Assembly: GCA_965649765.1 (NCBI GenBank)
Contig: OZ287751.1
Location: 21,762,001 to 21,826,000, forward strand
Source: Bispira polyomma
Lineage: Eukaryota
DNA: 64,000 nucleotides
Reading direction: 5' to 3'
This document shows positions 10,933 through 24,697 of the stretch, in pieces; the first letter of the stretch is position 1; each line of letters starts with the position of its first letter. The translations under genes were made by a program, and so were the position numbers. The notes below the pieces were generated by a model. It was not told where the DNA came from. It did not search any database and was given only the letters and a program-made list of their open reading frames with translations.

Positions 10933-12435
10933 TTAGCCATATAAATCATAGATTGTATTGTACACTGTTCCAAAGTAAAGCCTTGTTTACTCTACTAGGC
11001 CATAAATCTGACCACCCTTGTTTAATCAAACATCATATTGTATAGGACAATTGCATTTATTGCATTGCATAAAAATATTATCACAAAGTAACAAAAATAG
11101 TTTTTTGGTATTGTGTGCAAAGATCTTTGGCATCATGGTTGACATTACAAATAACCTGAATTAATGTTGTGAACTCACAGTGTCTATGACACGTGCATAT
11201 GGCATTATATATATTTTATTTATAAGACATGCAACATACTTTACATAAATAGATGTAATACAAAATAGCAAAACAAATGTTTTAGAATTCGAATGACTGT
11301 ATCTGACACGTTCACATGTTTAAACCTTGACTATTGCCCAATTTTCATATAATTTTCTTTGTGATTCCCAATTATTTGCATTAGTTATTTAAAAAAAATT
11401 CTTCCTAGCTATATTAAAAAATTCTAAAAATATGGGGAAATTTTATCTTTAGATCTACATTTTTTTTTACTATAAAACTGCATATAACAAGGGTTTTCGT
11501 GATTAATACTGTTTTCCCTGCGTAGTTATTGTTAATCAATCTCTTATGTGTAACAACATTACATTGCTGTAACCATATGCACAGTATATCTAAAAAGAAA
11601 AAACCCAACAACATTTACGTCCTTAAATAAAAACACTTGTCAACATTAGCACTTCCTTTCAAATGTTTGCTAAAATAAAAACCTTTCCAGGCTCTCAGCC
11701 CACTTTGCACTTATGGCATTGACTTGTTGGTGATAAACCTATTAACAATACATGCCAAAATGTATTAATTATCCAGCTCAACTTCTAAGCTGTGAATTTG
11801 GAGTTTATAAGAGATAGAATTAAGCATTAATAGGACACTCATCAAGGACAGTTTTGGCAACACCTATGTATTATTACTACAATGAAGGACACTTTTGAGT
11901 GAGTATGGGGATGTATGGATAAAAATGCGAGGAGATGACTTTCTTAGAAATCCGCCTAGCTGCTTTCCTTCATCCCACATCCTTGTCTTGAAGAGATACT
12001 GACACCAGCTTACCTCGGTTAATTATGACTTAAGCTCATTACTTGATTACCAAAGTATTTAAGTATGTCCTGTTAATAATAATTATTGTAATTACTTTTG
12101 AGTGTTAAAAGTTCTTGCTTAGAAGGTACTATATGGCTCTATAAGTATTCCCTGGTATATATATGCAATTGAGATTCAATCGGGAAAAAAACACACACAA
12201 GCATATGAAATAACACATATAAACACCAGCAAAGAGTTACCTTAAACTGGAAGAGTAACTCATTATACAGCTGCATTATTGAATGATGATGGTTTGAGGC
12301 GATGATTTCACAATCGAGATTCTCACTGATGTTGTGATATGCATCCAATCAGATCTCACCTTTATGATGTCATAGCCGGCCTCGTTTTGGCCTTGTTGTG
12401 TTTTTTTTTTTGGCGGGAAAGGGGAACCACGCTAG

Positions 12436-12472
12436 TATAAATATCTCTCCAACCAACCTTCTCCATTCAGTC
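12436..12472 (+). promoter_or_regulatory. Candidate TATA + initiator core promoter
   Basis: TATAAATA at 12436-12443. TCAGTC initiator at 12467-12472, with the +1 A 33 nt after the TATA start. CRE-like TGATGTCA ~70 nt upstream. Confidence 0.4.
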
Positions 12473-13789
12473 ACTCAACACAACTACCAAGCAGCCTGTT
12501 CTACATAGTGTAGATGGTTTAGAGTTTCGTGAGAGAGGGGAAAAACAACATACAGAAAGCACAGAACTAACAGGAGAGAAAAGTAGCAATAAAAAAGTAG
12601 ATAAGGGAAGCAAACAAGGAGCTATTTATTGTCTCGATCCGTCTCTGAAGAAGTGATCCAGAACTATAACAGCAGCGTGTCTTATGTGAGAACAACCTGA
12701 ACTGGTATAAGGACACTTATGATATTGTCAAATTGATATTGTATATGTAAATATATTTATTTTTTACACTACCTTCAAATTTAACCTTTAGATTTTATTT
12801 TTTTTATGAATATATAAAATAATAGAAACAAATCTTATAATATAAAAAGAGGCATACATGGGAATTACTTTCATGTAGGAGAATATAAGCGAAATTGCTG
12901 CTGATTATAATTGTGTATTGATTTCTCATAGATCTTTATTTCTGACATCAACGATCAATATAGAGTTTAAGACTAATATCTTAAACTACAATATTGCTCT
13001 CAAGGCATTTAAAATAAAGTTTGGTATCAATATTTTGCAACATATTTTCCATTGAAATACTTGGTCCGAAAAAGTCTGCATTTTAGGTATAAAACATGAT
13101 ATATTTATTATTATGGTGTTTGTAAATATTTAAGCGACTAAAAATCCATAGATTTGTTTTTTAATTTTTCAAATTTACCTAATGTAAGAGGCAATGTTTT
13201 TTGTGGTAATGGTTTTTTTCCGCCATATGACATCAAAACAAATCTGTTTCCAGTCAGAAAATCAGCAGACCTCATCAGTTAACAGCCAAGTGTGCCAGTC
13301 AAAGATAACATTGGGCAGCCACACAGTCAGCCATACAGGGAATCATACAGGAAGCCATACACCATACTCAGAGAGAGAAACTTGAGTAAGAATTTTCTAC
13401 TCCTGTATATATTGTGTAGAGAAATAATAACAAAAAACAACAACTCAACATAAGAGGGAATGAGAAAGGGGGAGCGCCAAGTGGTGGGGGAATAGGGGAA
13501 TAGGGGGTAGAGAGGTCAGACTTTAAGAGCCTCCTGGAGTATTTTTGTGTATGAGAGAAGCCAGTGTTGTGTGTAGCCATTCCACCACAGCCAAGCAAAC
13601 TACCTCTGTACAGTGTATATACACACTCGTAAAGATCCCTATACTCCCACAGCTGTACTAGTAGCCAAAATAATTTTTTTCATCACAAAAGAGCAAATAC
13701 ACAACTAGCCTAGTATTTAGGCTATAAAAGTTGTGACTAGAATTTGAATTTATTTGTGTTTTTTATGTTGCTTTTATAAAGCTTTGGTC

Positions 13790-13985
13790 ATATTGCGCAA
13801 AGGGCCAGGTTTTAGTGATAGTGGGAGAAACCAGTGCTAAAGTCACTGTGTAAATAACCAGCCCTTACGGCCAAGTACCCCGCAGAACTTTCTCACATGA
13901 AGAAGGATTCAGTGGGATTCGATCGCCAGAGGTAAGAGCCCAATGATTTAAAGGAAACGTTTATTATAACCACTATGCCACCGCA
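13790..13985 (-). mobile_element. Degenerate tRNA-derived SINE
   Basis: Reverse strand shows an A-box-like TGGCATAGTGG, a B-box-like GATCGAATCCC and a central GGTTTCTCCC segment. Confidence 0.5.
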
Positions 13986-15559
13986 ATACCCCATTGAATA
14001 GAAATCTATGACATGCAATAGCTTTAAACATTTTAAATTGTGCTTATATTTAAAACATTTGCTCTGTCATGACTTGTTAAAAACAAAAGGTTTTTATCAG
14101 GAGGAAGGTATAATTATAGAACTTTATCTACTTTAACTTGGAATAATACTTTGTGGCTATCGTAAAAACCTTTAATTTACCCACTTTTTTCTTGTGGAAC
14201 CCACATTTTATAAAATTGTACCGTGAGCTTGTCATCACCCTGAATATGGTAAAACTTCACCATTATTACACATAGACGAATTTCATCTGCCTTGTACTTG
14301 ATGCTCAGTGGACATAGTCCTTTCAATAACTTAAATATGCATTAATCACAGCAGGAATTTGTTGTGTTAAAATCGCAATAACACATTAAAAACCTATGAA
14401 TTATGGTAATCTTTACCACTCGTGAAGAAGAGAAACACCTAGACTTGCCCTTCGTCTTACTACGCCTCCAATCGTTGTAAAAAAATTACCACACATTATG
14501 GTTTTTCCTGTGTTATTCCTTAATGATTATATCTGTAAAACTTGAGCCTCTACCCCAGGCTAGGTATGCAGTTGTAGACATGAATATTTTCGTCACTGCT
14601 TAAGTAGCAACTGCACAGAGCAATATACACACTCGGCTACAACCTGCACTTACTCAACAATGGTTACTATACTGGCTTATAATGGTTTTATGTATACACA
14701 CTATGAGTTAAAGGCGTGCTAAAACTTTCAAAACTTATTTATTTATTTATTTTTGGTGGTTTTATTATAATTTGTCAAGAAGATGGTTTTTTTTTTTGTT
14801 TGTTTTTCAAAAAAAAAAAAAAAAACGATACTAGTGCAGATATAAGTGACTTGCTGTGAACTATCTAGAAAATAACATGAAATAAGACTTGGGGGTGAAA
14901 AGTTCTCAGAGGAATTAGAGTATAGACAATCGAATCAGTTGTCTGTGTCTTATTGGAGTTTATGGACATTTGCATTACTTCTCATTTACACTGGCCAGGA
15001 GTAAGGATAGTTTATAGTAATGTCATTCAGACAAACCCTTGGCTGACACAGAAAACTTTCTCACACTGTGGGTTTTTAGAGGAGAGGTCTGCTGAACACA
15101 CAAAAACAGAGGTGAGTATAGGTGTGGTTTCTATGTATAGAGTTGGAAATGAAGAGAAAGAGGATGTAATAGGGAAGGCTGGCCAATTACGGAGAAAAAA
15201 TATAAATCACAAATTTTATGGCAAAAAGTTTGGACATGGAGCAATGGAAATTAGAATTAACGGATATTATTGTTTTTTGTTGGTTCTAATAATCACTCGT
15301 TGTTGTGTTTTCCAGGCAAAATATTTGACCCGAGAATTACAATTGTTTTTTTAAAATAGATATGGATAGATTGGTTTTGTTATATACATTGAGCAGTTTA
15401 TTGGGACAATTAAGATATTCAAACTGGAATTGGTGTTTACAAGCAATGGTAAATGTTTTTTTGAGATTTTTTTGCGTATAAATTGTATATGATATTATGT
15501 GTTTATAATATATTACGAGATCGAGAGTCGATCTCACACAATAGTGGTTTTTAAAAGGA

Positions 15560-17165
15560 ACAAGAATAGCTTTTCAAAAAGGCGGGTCGAAGGGAGGTGA
15601 AGGTCGCTTTAAGTAAGTCTATTATTATACACACACAAGTGACATTCTAGGATTTAGTAGCAACTATTTTACACAGCGATTTGACCTACTTTCTAATTAG
15701 GTCAGCTATGACGTGTTACTAGACAGAGAATCCCAAAAATACAAAAAACAAAAGGTGTGTTAGGTTTTTAATCAGACGCTTGAGCATGCGCAAGCAGTTG
15801 GTTTTCCTTATCGAAGTTCTGGAATCTTGGGTAGGAACAAGTAAATCTCGGAACTGGTGGGGAGCTATGGTCTAAAATTTGCGTCGATCCTAGAGTTGGG
15901 CTTCTTGTGCTCCAAGATTTTTTCGGGGTCAATTCTAATAAAGAATCTGTGAATAATTGACTTTTAATTGATTTTACGTCATCTTTAGGGCCTCGCTATC
16001 GAAATGGTAGTTTGTAGCTGCAAAATCGCGTGCAACCGATGAATTGGTGTAGCAAATATATCCTGGAATATGGTGGTAGGTTTCTTAAATTTTACTGCAT
16101 TGAATGGCTCTATCTTCGCCAATATTCAACCTAAAATTTTCGTTTTTATATCACCACAAAGCTATCTGTGCTATTCGACAGTTCTAACTGTTTTTAACCC
16201 TATTGAATATTCTCTGAGATAATTGCATAAAGCGTTGTAAAAATCTTAAAAGTTTGGAGATAAATAAGCATTCATCAAATTATACTTTCTCTGTAATTAC
16301 TTAAGCTAAAATTTTGAGATTTATATGTCATGAAAGAGCAATTAATACACTTTTTGACTCTTTTTACAGAATAAAATTTCATTCAATATTGACTGAGATA
16401 GTAGTCTTTATATTATCCATACTTATTTCACTGTGAATTGTATTTGGTATTTTATTGTCGCGAGAAATCTGCATATCTATACAGTAGTCAGTGCAAAAGG
16501 AAAAATTGAACGTTTTGCAAAACAATTGCTTATATCTATGGCATTCGTCGTTAATAATGCAGTAAAATATGTGACAACACTTCACGACTTAAAAACCCCA
16601 AATAGAAGCAAGTACCCTTTATTTGTTTAATATTTTATAAAAAAAACGAGAGCAGTGAGCGATAATAGAAGTTTTTGTAAACCGATTTGATTTCGGAATC
16701 TATTTCATCGCTAACTAGTAACTGGTTCACTATTTTCGTAATTGATATACACGCATTCTGACAGCTAACGTCTGGTATGCGGCTGTTGGCCGCTTTTTTC
16801 GTGTTTGAACATAAAACATTGTATCTCTACATCAAATAATTATTTCATTTTTCTTATGAAATAAACTTCTCCAAGTCCACCTATGTAAGAGTAAAATATA
16901 TCAAATATAAATATGAGACAAATATAACATTAACCACAATATAAAACAAGATATACGTTTTCATGAATATTATCAATAAATCTACAACCCCGAAATGGTT
17001 CGTCTTAGACCCGTCATTCAACATAACAGCCCCCAGCTGATGCTCATGTTAAAAAGACTCTGACCTAAAAAATCTAAACAGACTTTAAAGTAATTAATTT
17101 TAAGTCTATAAAATAGATTAACATAAAGCCGTCTTCACCGCCATTTTGAAAAGGCTATTCTCGTT
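15560..17165. mobile_element. Unclassified TIR element (TIR ~AAC(A/G)AGAATAGC.TTTTCAAAA.GGCGG) carrying a ~1-kb internal segment (~15772-16790)
   Basis: Inverted ends at 15560 and 17165. Both arms are homologous, in reverse, to the copy at 41575-43151, which lacks the internal 1 kb. Confidence 0.65.
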
Positions 17166-17772
17166 TGCTGATGAAATAGTGAGACGTTGTGTACGTGTTC
17201 GTTATGAGTTTTAAACTTTTTGGGGGTACATTATGGGTGAAATTGTTTTAAATTTGAAACTTGAGGTGAATTCATGGGGTTTCAAAATTGTTTTAAAGCT
17301 CACCTAAAAGCACACATAAAATGTGTGAATATTTTGGGTGGAATGTTATGAATAAATGTTAAAGATATATGTAAAAAAACATCCATGATGTGTACATGTG
17401 TATATAAAAATATCTAGATAATAGTGGTGTGACATAATTTTGTGTAGCTATTGATCTTTTTTTCCATAAATATTTAGAATGAGAGTTCTGTGGAACATGA
17501 TTTGCCAGTAATATGTCCTATTTCCTGTGGCGAAAACCGCAGACGGTCGTCATATGGGGATATCCGTTAGGTAGTTTTTTCTCCTCAATAGCCGCTGGGT
17601 GGCGCTCTTTATGATGTTCCTAATAAGGTCATTATATGTAATGACGTAATTGTAACTATTGTAACCTTGTAGTTTTGGTTGACAGTAAAATTAGTGCCAA
17701 GTACGTCATAACGTAACAGTTAATCATCACTTTAAAAAATAATAAGACAATTCAGTAAATATGTGAACTTAC

Positions 17773-17804
<32 letters not shown>

Positions 17805-18124
17805 CCAAAGAAGTGAAACATAGTACAGTTTGATTAGTTGTGTAAATATAAAGCTTCGCAAACTGTTAAGACCTTAGGTTTCACTTACTGTAAAAACAGA
17901 AAGAACTAAATAGTTTTACAAGGAAATTTATTCACAAACCGATCCAATTTTAAGATAACTGGGATAAACATTTTTAGAAATAATAGTTTGTGTTAAGACA
18001 AAGTAGTTTGGCTCAATTCTACATTAACATCCAATTATAGGTATACCTAGAGTAAAGAGTGTTTCATAGTCTTTAATTTGCAGGTTGATGGACCTGTTCA
18101 ATTTCATAAACTAGAAGGACACTC

Positions 18125-18330
18125 GTTAATTGATTACGGTTTAACGTCGCTTTCAACACGTTGTATAGTTAATATGACAGACAGTTTTATTGGCGGAGGA
18201 AACCAGTGTATGCTAACTAGTTGGTCAAGATTCTGCGCTGTAACTGCCAACTTTTCAACATTATGTCGTGGTCAGAAATTCAAACCTTCGCCTCAGAAGA
18301 GTACTCGGTAGAACGCATACCTCTGCCACA
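18125..18330 (-). mobile_element. SINE/LINE 3' tail fragment (same family as 42855 and 50960)
   Basis: Reverse complement contains 'GTGTTGAAAGCGACGTTAAACC' and 'CTTGACCAACTAGTTAGCATACACTGGTTTCCTCC', shared with the other copies. Confidence 0.6.
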
Positions 18331-18484
18331 GTCGCAAAAGAAGAAAACAAAATCTTGGATATCGTATTTTTACCAAAATTTACTAGAACGCCTCATTGAT
18401 GCAAGACGTCTTATATAGAGTAACATTATTGACAAAGGTGTTAAAATTGTAGTCCGTTACCAATGCAAATTCTTTAAACAAGGG

Positions 18485-18770
18485 TCAAGGGATAAGTCTT
18501 GAGTTTGCTTTTAAAACCAGAGAGGGTTTCTTTGGATCCTTTATTGGTCGGTAAGTTATTCCATAGGGTAGGTGCTGCAACAGAGAAGGCATAAGATCCA
18601 ATCTGTTTACTGGTTCAGGTATCAGAGACTGAAATTCTGTTTCTCTTGTAGGCCTGCAGAAAGACAGCAACGAGGTAAGATATGGGGGCTGACAAAGGTT
18701 GACAGCTTTGTATGTAGTAATATTGGTCTTGAAAATGACACGGTAACTAGCTAAAAGGCATTTCATCTTA
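18485..18770 (-). mobile_element. L2/CR1-group LINE 3' fragment (ORF2 C-terminus)
   Basis: 'RVIFKTNITTYKA..QPPYLTSLL' and, in a shifted frame, 'AFSVAAPTLWNNLP..LSGFKSKLKTY', typical of L2-clade ORF2 ends. Confidence 0.75.
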
Positions 18771-19143
18771 CCAATGGCAGGAATCTAATTGAGTTGTCAC
18801 TTTTAGAATGGGTGGGGTGTTGGGGGAGCATTTCCAATCCCTAGTAATGCGAAGAAGTTCTATCAGGTAAAAATACAGCACTGAACAGGTCAACGCTCTG
18901 TTAATGAGTGTTTTGTAATCTACGAAGAAAACAGGAAGTCTTCACTGGCTGCCATGGCAACACATTGTGAAACATACTGGGAAATAAAGTAGGGAAATAA
19001 CAGGAGATACTTAAACTAATTAGTTAGAGCTTGTGGGCAGCAGTGTGTGTGGGTGTGGGGGGACTTGTCCCTTAAATAATAAGCTTGTGAAAAGTATACT
19101 TAAGGAAGTAAGAACGGTCAACTTTTTATTCATTATATATATA

Positions 19144-19372
19144 GAATAAGGAATCTAAAATTCGCTACTGTTCCTGAAAACTTGCCACCTAGAAAATGTT
19201 GTGTTTTAGTTAGAATTGTGGGTAATATTTACTCAAACTTTTTTTTTTTTTTGGACTACATTGCCTTACCTGCCTAAATTATATTTTCTGTCGCCTAGTC
19301 TTTATTGATTTGGCTTTATTATTAGGGGTGGTGAATTTCAGATATAATGGTGAATTTTAAGATTCCTTACTC
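19144..19372. mobile_element. MITE family A (TIR GAGTAAGGAATC.AAAA, TA-flanked); other copies at ~33853-34076, 39905-40074, 43318-43553, 51515-51678
   Basis: Terminal GAATAAGGAATCTAAAATTCG / GAATTTTAAGATTCCTTACTC with TA on both sides. Internal motifs (GGGTAATATTT, TTGCCTTAC, GGGGTGG) are shared among five copies. Confidence 0.8.
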
Positions 19373-21238
19373 TAACATATCATATTATAAGATTATCTTT
19401 TTATTGGTTTATATTTCATATATATGCATATACAGTACAATACATTGCAATGTATACAGACAAATACACACAGGAGCAAAATATCTTGATTCTGTCTAAG
19501 AAAAGAAAAGAAAAACAACATTTAGCGAATGACATTTTGTATTCGATTCACAAACCCGTCTTAAAGAATTAAACAGTATTTTTGAAAAAATGATTTGGGT
19601 CTTACAATAACAAAAAAAAAAAAAAAAATGTGGCTTAAGGTTTTCACTACTTTATTATTCACACATTTTTATTTGCAGAGGTTGTAGAGAGCTCCAGTTC
19701 TGTTTGTCAGTTGTATTAAAAAACAGAGTTGAATTTAGATTTATTCGAATTCTTGTTATTCAGGTACCATTTTCCAAGTAATATTTAAAAAAAAATAATA
19801 GATATTTTTTTACAGGTATACCAAATAAAACTTCACATATTGTAAAGTTAAATGTAATTTTAAGATTTTGACCAATCCAGTTTGTATAATATACTATATT
19901 TAATATATGGTGGAGATGAAAGAGAGTGGTAGTGACAAAGTGTCGTAAGGTAGTGACTAAGGTATTGTAGTGAATCTATAACAAGTGACTAACTGTAGTG
20001 CTATTCTAATCTCAGTATATATCAGCGCATTAAACACTCAGGCTTCTGGGGTTTCACCTTTAGCTCAACTGTTAATGTGCTGGACTATTAATCTCAAGAT
20101 CTGTGATAACCCAGGATTGAATCCCAGCAGAGGTGAGCCTCTTTATAACTTTAAAGCGGAGCTAGGTTATTGCATGACTATGGTTTGTAACCCAAACAGA
20201 TAGAACAAGATTCGTAGATAAGAACAACACTGACAGCTGATGTTACTAGATTTCCATAGTGCAAGGTTGTCATAAGAAAATCTAAGTATCTGTCAGTGTA
20301 GTCAGGGTATCTAGTGACTACAGTTTCGGACAGTACTGACCCCTTACTTTCATGATCCTCCTCCTTTCTGTACGTCCAACGGTTAAATGAAATGGTGATA
20401 ATTATTTTCCTATCTCCTGTGCCCCAGAATTCGTGAGTTGGGAGGTATATCCAAAATAGATATGTGTAAAATTTAACCAAATCTCACCACAGTATTCATT
20501 TTTCAAGATCAACTATTTGACCAAATAAACTTATACAAATAGTTAACTTATGAACTCATAGTGTATCCTGAAAGGTCAGTCGGTACAATTGTACTAGTTC
20601 TTCAACATATAAACTAGCTTGTTATTGACCCAGCAGCAGAAACACATCTATTGGCTACTGTTGTGACCTTTATAAACCAAAGTAAACAAGGTATATATAT
20701 ATACACACACGACTGTATGCTTCCAAATACCAAAAACATGACATACTTGGATAGGTTCGTATCAAGCTCAGCTTTACTTATATTGGGTACTTTATTAAAA
20801 CAAAATTACATTTTACTCATAAGTAATGTAACAGACCCTTCAAGATTTAAGGTTAAATGTCCTCATTTTTAAAACAGTCAGCGTGCATCAGCCAGCCTGC
20901 TCATCATCGATGTTGTTTCTCAGCAATCTCACTTGTTCCTTCTATGTCCTTTGTTTTACCAAAATGTTTCAGGGCTAGGCCCATAACTTACATAATTGAC
21001 AAAAGCATGCATCTAAGGAATCTGCTGAGATTAAGCACCGCTAAGGCAAGGAATTCGAAGACCACCTTTTCTATGAACCCTTATTCTAGTTTAATATTTA
21101 GCACCTCTATTACAATTCCTCTGATGTCTATATATTGATTGGGCTATTTATTATGGTTGTTTTACCTTGCATTCACACTGTCAAATTTACCTGGATTGAT
21201 CCGATTTGAAGCAGATAGGGTGTTATTCTGAATACTAA

Positions 21239-21516
21239 AGGTCCAGACACACAGAACCACATCCGGATTGGGATCCATATATTTATCCGAAAACAGATTT
21301 TTTTTTTTTTAATCCACACAAGATATAAAATCCGGACCAATGTTGGGCACAACATGTGCACAAAAACAGTAAATTTATCGCAAAAATTGTCTGTGATTTG
21401 ATTTTTTTTTAAATTTTAAATTACTTTGCAGGTGATTGTAGGGATCCGAATATGGATCCGTCAAAACTTGAAAATAAAATCTGTGTAAATTTGATCTGGG
21501 CCGGATCACCGGACCG
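21239..21516. mobile_element. Internally deleted, right-truncated derivative of the Harbinger family at 4372-8507
   Basis: TAA + AGGTCCAGACACACAGAACCACATCCGGATTGGGATCC matches the left TIR and subterminal region. The second half matches 8310-8400 (AAATCTGTGTAAATTT..GGGCCGGATC). Confidence 0.8.
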
Positions 21517-22679
21517 GAGGGTTGATCTAGATAATTTCTGACCTTCTGCAAGAGGTGGTTTCAAGCAGATTGAACCCTCCATGCAGCTCGAGTAGAGGGC
21601 CATAGTGGAAGGTACTGTAACGCTTTATGACATTTAAGCTGGAATGATGCTAGATTCTAAATCTAACAAACTGTGTTAAACAACCGAAATAACATGGCGA
21701 CAGTGAGAGAGATTTTTAGTATAGTGTCACCTGCTTCACATAGATTACACGAATATAGAATAACAGAAATACTGTACAGCCAGAACAACATAACTTGGGC
21801 TGAAGAGACACTTTATAACATGTACTATTTTACATTTACATTTTACATTATATATATTAAATATATACTATTTATACTTTACCAAAATTGTATACATATA
21901 AAAGATAATTGACAAACTATTACTGTATTAATATCTTAAAAGTGAAATATATTATATCCAACTACTGAGTGTCTTTAGTCGGTTAGGCCCCTAGCCACGG
22001 GCTATCAGGGACAAGAAGACATGCACAAAACATATAAAATATATACTAAAACGTTTTGTCAAATGGCGTTTTGGAAGATGGATATATATAAAAATATTAG
22101 CTTGACAATATTATTGCTTAGTGAGCGTTTTTGACACGGGCGATGTGGTTCAATTCCAGAATCAGGATCACTCGCGATTAGTCTGGACATCGTATTTGCC
22201 CTGAAGCCTGTTTTTATGTACAATTTTTCTTGTGGCTGTATCAATACAGAAGTGATACAGCATCTAGTGGCTATAACAGTTGATCGGTTCCTGCAGAATT
22301 AATAAGTGATTGAGTTACTTGACGGACTATTGGTGATTCCCAAAACAACTTGACCTTTCACTGCAGATTTAATGTCAATATAATAAGTAGAGTGATGGTA
22401 TTTACACACCTGTATTCCTGTGTTTACACAAAAATTTCCTTCACTGGAAGGAACTGTGTCAAATCATGACAATACCAAAATTTCAGTAAAGATATAATAA
22501 TAAAACTACCTGAGTGGTGTACATTGAAAATTATTTATGACGAGAGAAGATTAAATATTGCAATACGAGCCCGGTAGGGCGAGTTTTGTGTGTTTTACTT
22601 TTTGAGTCATATATATATATATTTAATACATTTAGGTCACAATATTACGGAAGCCTATAAGTGTCAGTGAAAGAAAAGC

Positions 22680-22810
22680 TATGCCGTCATTATCACATAG
22701 TAGTTCATTATTACCACATAGTAATTCGCAATTACCACATAGTAAGTCATATTATGACATAAGCTAAGTCGTAATTACAACAAAAGCTAAGTCGTAACGA
22801 CGACACAGTG
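22680..22810. repeat. Degenerate ~21-22-bp tandem repeat (ATTACCACATAGTAAGTC-like)
   Basis: Repeated CACATAGTA and AAGCTAAGTCGTAA units. Confidence 0.55.
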
Positions 22811-22860
22811 TATGTTGGTGATTAGAATCTGTGAAGAGGTTTTATTATAAAGAAAAATAT

Positions 22861-23054
22861 AGTGGTGTTTCCACACTCAGGATTTGGTTCCCGGCCTTTT
22901 TTAACTTTGTGAATGATAACAGGAAAAGCGGCGAAATGTATAGGTTGGGGGCCGAAAACGGGGTGGTCTGGAAGGTCGGAAAGAATATCAATCATGTTAT
23001 CGATCACAAAGTCGGGAAGGTCGGGAAACAAATCCTGAGTGTGGAACCACCACT
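22861..23054. mobile_element. 194-bp MITE with ~37-bp TIRs
   Basis: AGTGGTGTTTCCACACTCAGGATTTGGTTCCCGGCCT versus right reverse complement AGTGGTGGTTCCACACTCAGGATTTGTTTCCCGACCT. No exact TSD. Confidence 0.8.
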
Positions 23055-24389
23055 TTAGAATCCTCTAACAGAGATAACCACTGTAAAAATTAGATTACAT
23101 TAGTGATTAATGAAACATTTTGAGGACCTATAGCTCTCTAGTGAAATATAAGAGGAGGGCATATTTCCAGTAGATTACTGTGGTATAATTTTTTTCCTTA
23201 TCAGTTTTTTTCCCTCTTTCTACAGAATAAGCCCCAGGAGATACCTAGCTGGCCTTGGTGATGTAAACCTAATTATCACGCACAACCGAATTCACTTAAC
23301 GTTATTTTAAAGCTAACCACCTTGGTCAGTTTACTTCTGTTTGGCTTCTTGACAAAAAAAACAAAGATACACATGGTTTGAAACACCAAAACTGGGGGAT
23401 ATTAAACCTACTGACACTTCCTCAAAAACAATGATTCACAATGAAATGAATGACATGCTAAGGTTACTGTGTACTGATTAACTTTTGTCTTTATTTTTTT
23501 CCTCCTTTATAACTGTGTTCCTTAATATGTATATGTGATTAGACAAATTTAAAAAAAAAAAAAAAAAAAAAAATACTACCACTACTGCTATTTAATTATT
23601 AGTATATGACGATATTATAAAAGACAATCTAATAATCCAATAAAGGGCGGCGACTGAAACCCCATTTAATTATAAACTCATGGAATTCTCATATATTCAC
23701 ACACACACACACTTTACTGGCCATCTGTGCCTGCAGTTATCTGACGTCATCTGCCAAAGCTCTTCATAATACCATCTTATAGTAGTAGTATAATTACACA
23801 GTCCAAATGAACTTCATCTTCGACAAAATGTCAAACAGTCTTCACATGATTAATAAAAACTGGCATGATGTTCTCATTATATGTATATATATAAAGCTGT
23901 AATTAAATAGTAAATAGCTCACGTCACGAGGTCATTAGTAAACAAAACATCTTGTTGGCGGGAGAGAGCTTAAAATAGAACGCACTGATTAGCGGTCGAT
24001 GTGCACCTGTTCTGTACGTGCGTTTGGGATTTGATTTTGCAGAGGAATAATCGATTGGCAATAAATGATTTCTTTTTTTTTTTACAAAAGCCCAGGTTAC
24101 ATCTGAGATATTCATCATATGTATATACTGCTGCAGTACTCACGATGAACGACGCCATAAGCTTATATATATATATATTTGGGTTGGGGAGCTATAAATA
24201 GATTTAGTTGAGATCTTTAAACCAAACCATTCACTTTAGTTATTTTAAGGCAGCAATTATGATTTTTAAACTTTGTTTTATAAGTTGCATCATATTTTGG
24301 TTAAATTGGGGGTGTGGTGGGGGTGTTTTTTTTTTTTAATTTTTTTTTTAAATTTTTTTTTTCTTTCTTGTCATTAAATTGGTAACCCT

Positions 24390-24697
24390 GGGCGTACTGG
24401 CATTAATGGTAGCTACGTCCCTGTTTTAACGAATGCATGAAGGCCTTCCAAATTATTTTCAATATTGTTAACCAATTGTTCAGTCTCAGCTTTCTCAGGA
24501 GCCATACTAGCCGTGCTGCCACAATAGTGCACAGACTACGGCACGCTTTAGTGGCCAGATACCTGTTTATACACCTGGGTAAGGAGGGAAAGCCTTGTGC
24601 AAAGCACCTTGCCCAAGGGCACAATCACCAGGCCAGCATCGAGGATAGAACCTGAATCCTCAGATCCAAAGTTAGACACTCTAACCATTAGGCCACA
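24390..24697 (-). mobile_element. tRNA-derived CORE-type SINE; related pieces at ~31395-31600, 44085-44240 and 48190-48275
   Basis: Reverse strand: A box TGGCCTAATGG, B box GGTTCTATCC, CORE-like 'GTGCCCTTGGGCAAGG..CCCAGGTGTATAAACAGGTA'. Shared 'GAACAATTGGTT' tail. Confidence 0.7.

Noticed and set aside
23742-23749. Isolated full CRE site TGACGTCA (another near 52969)
   Set aside because: An 8-mer is expected about once per 64 kb by chance, and the second site lies inside a transposon.
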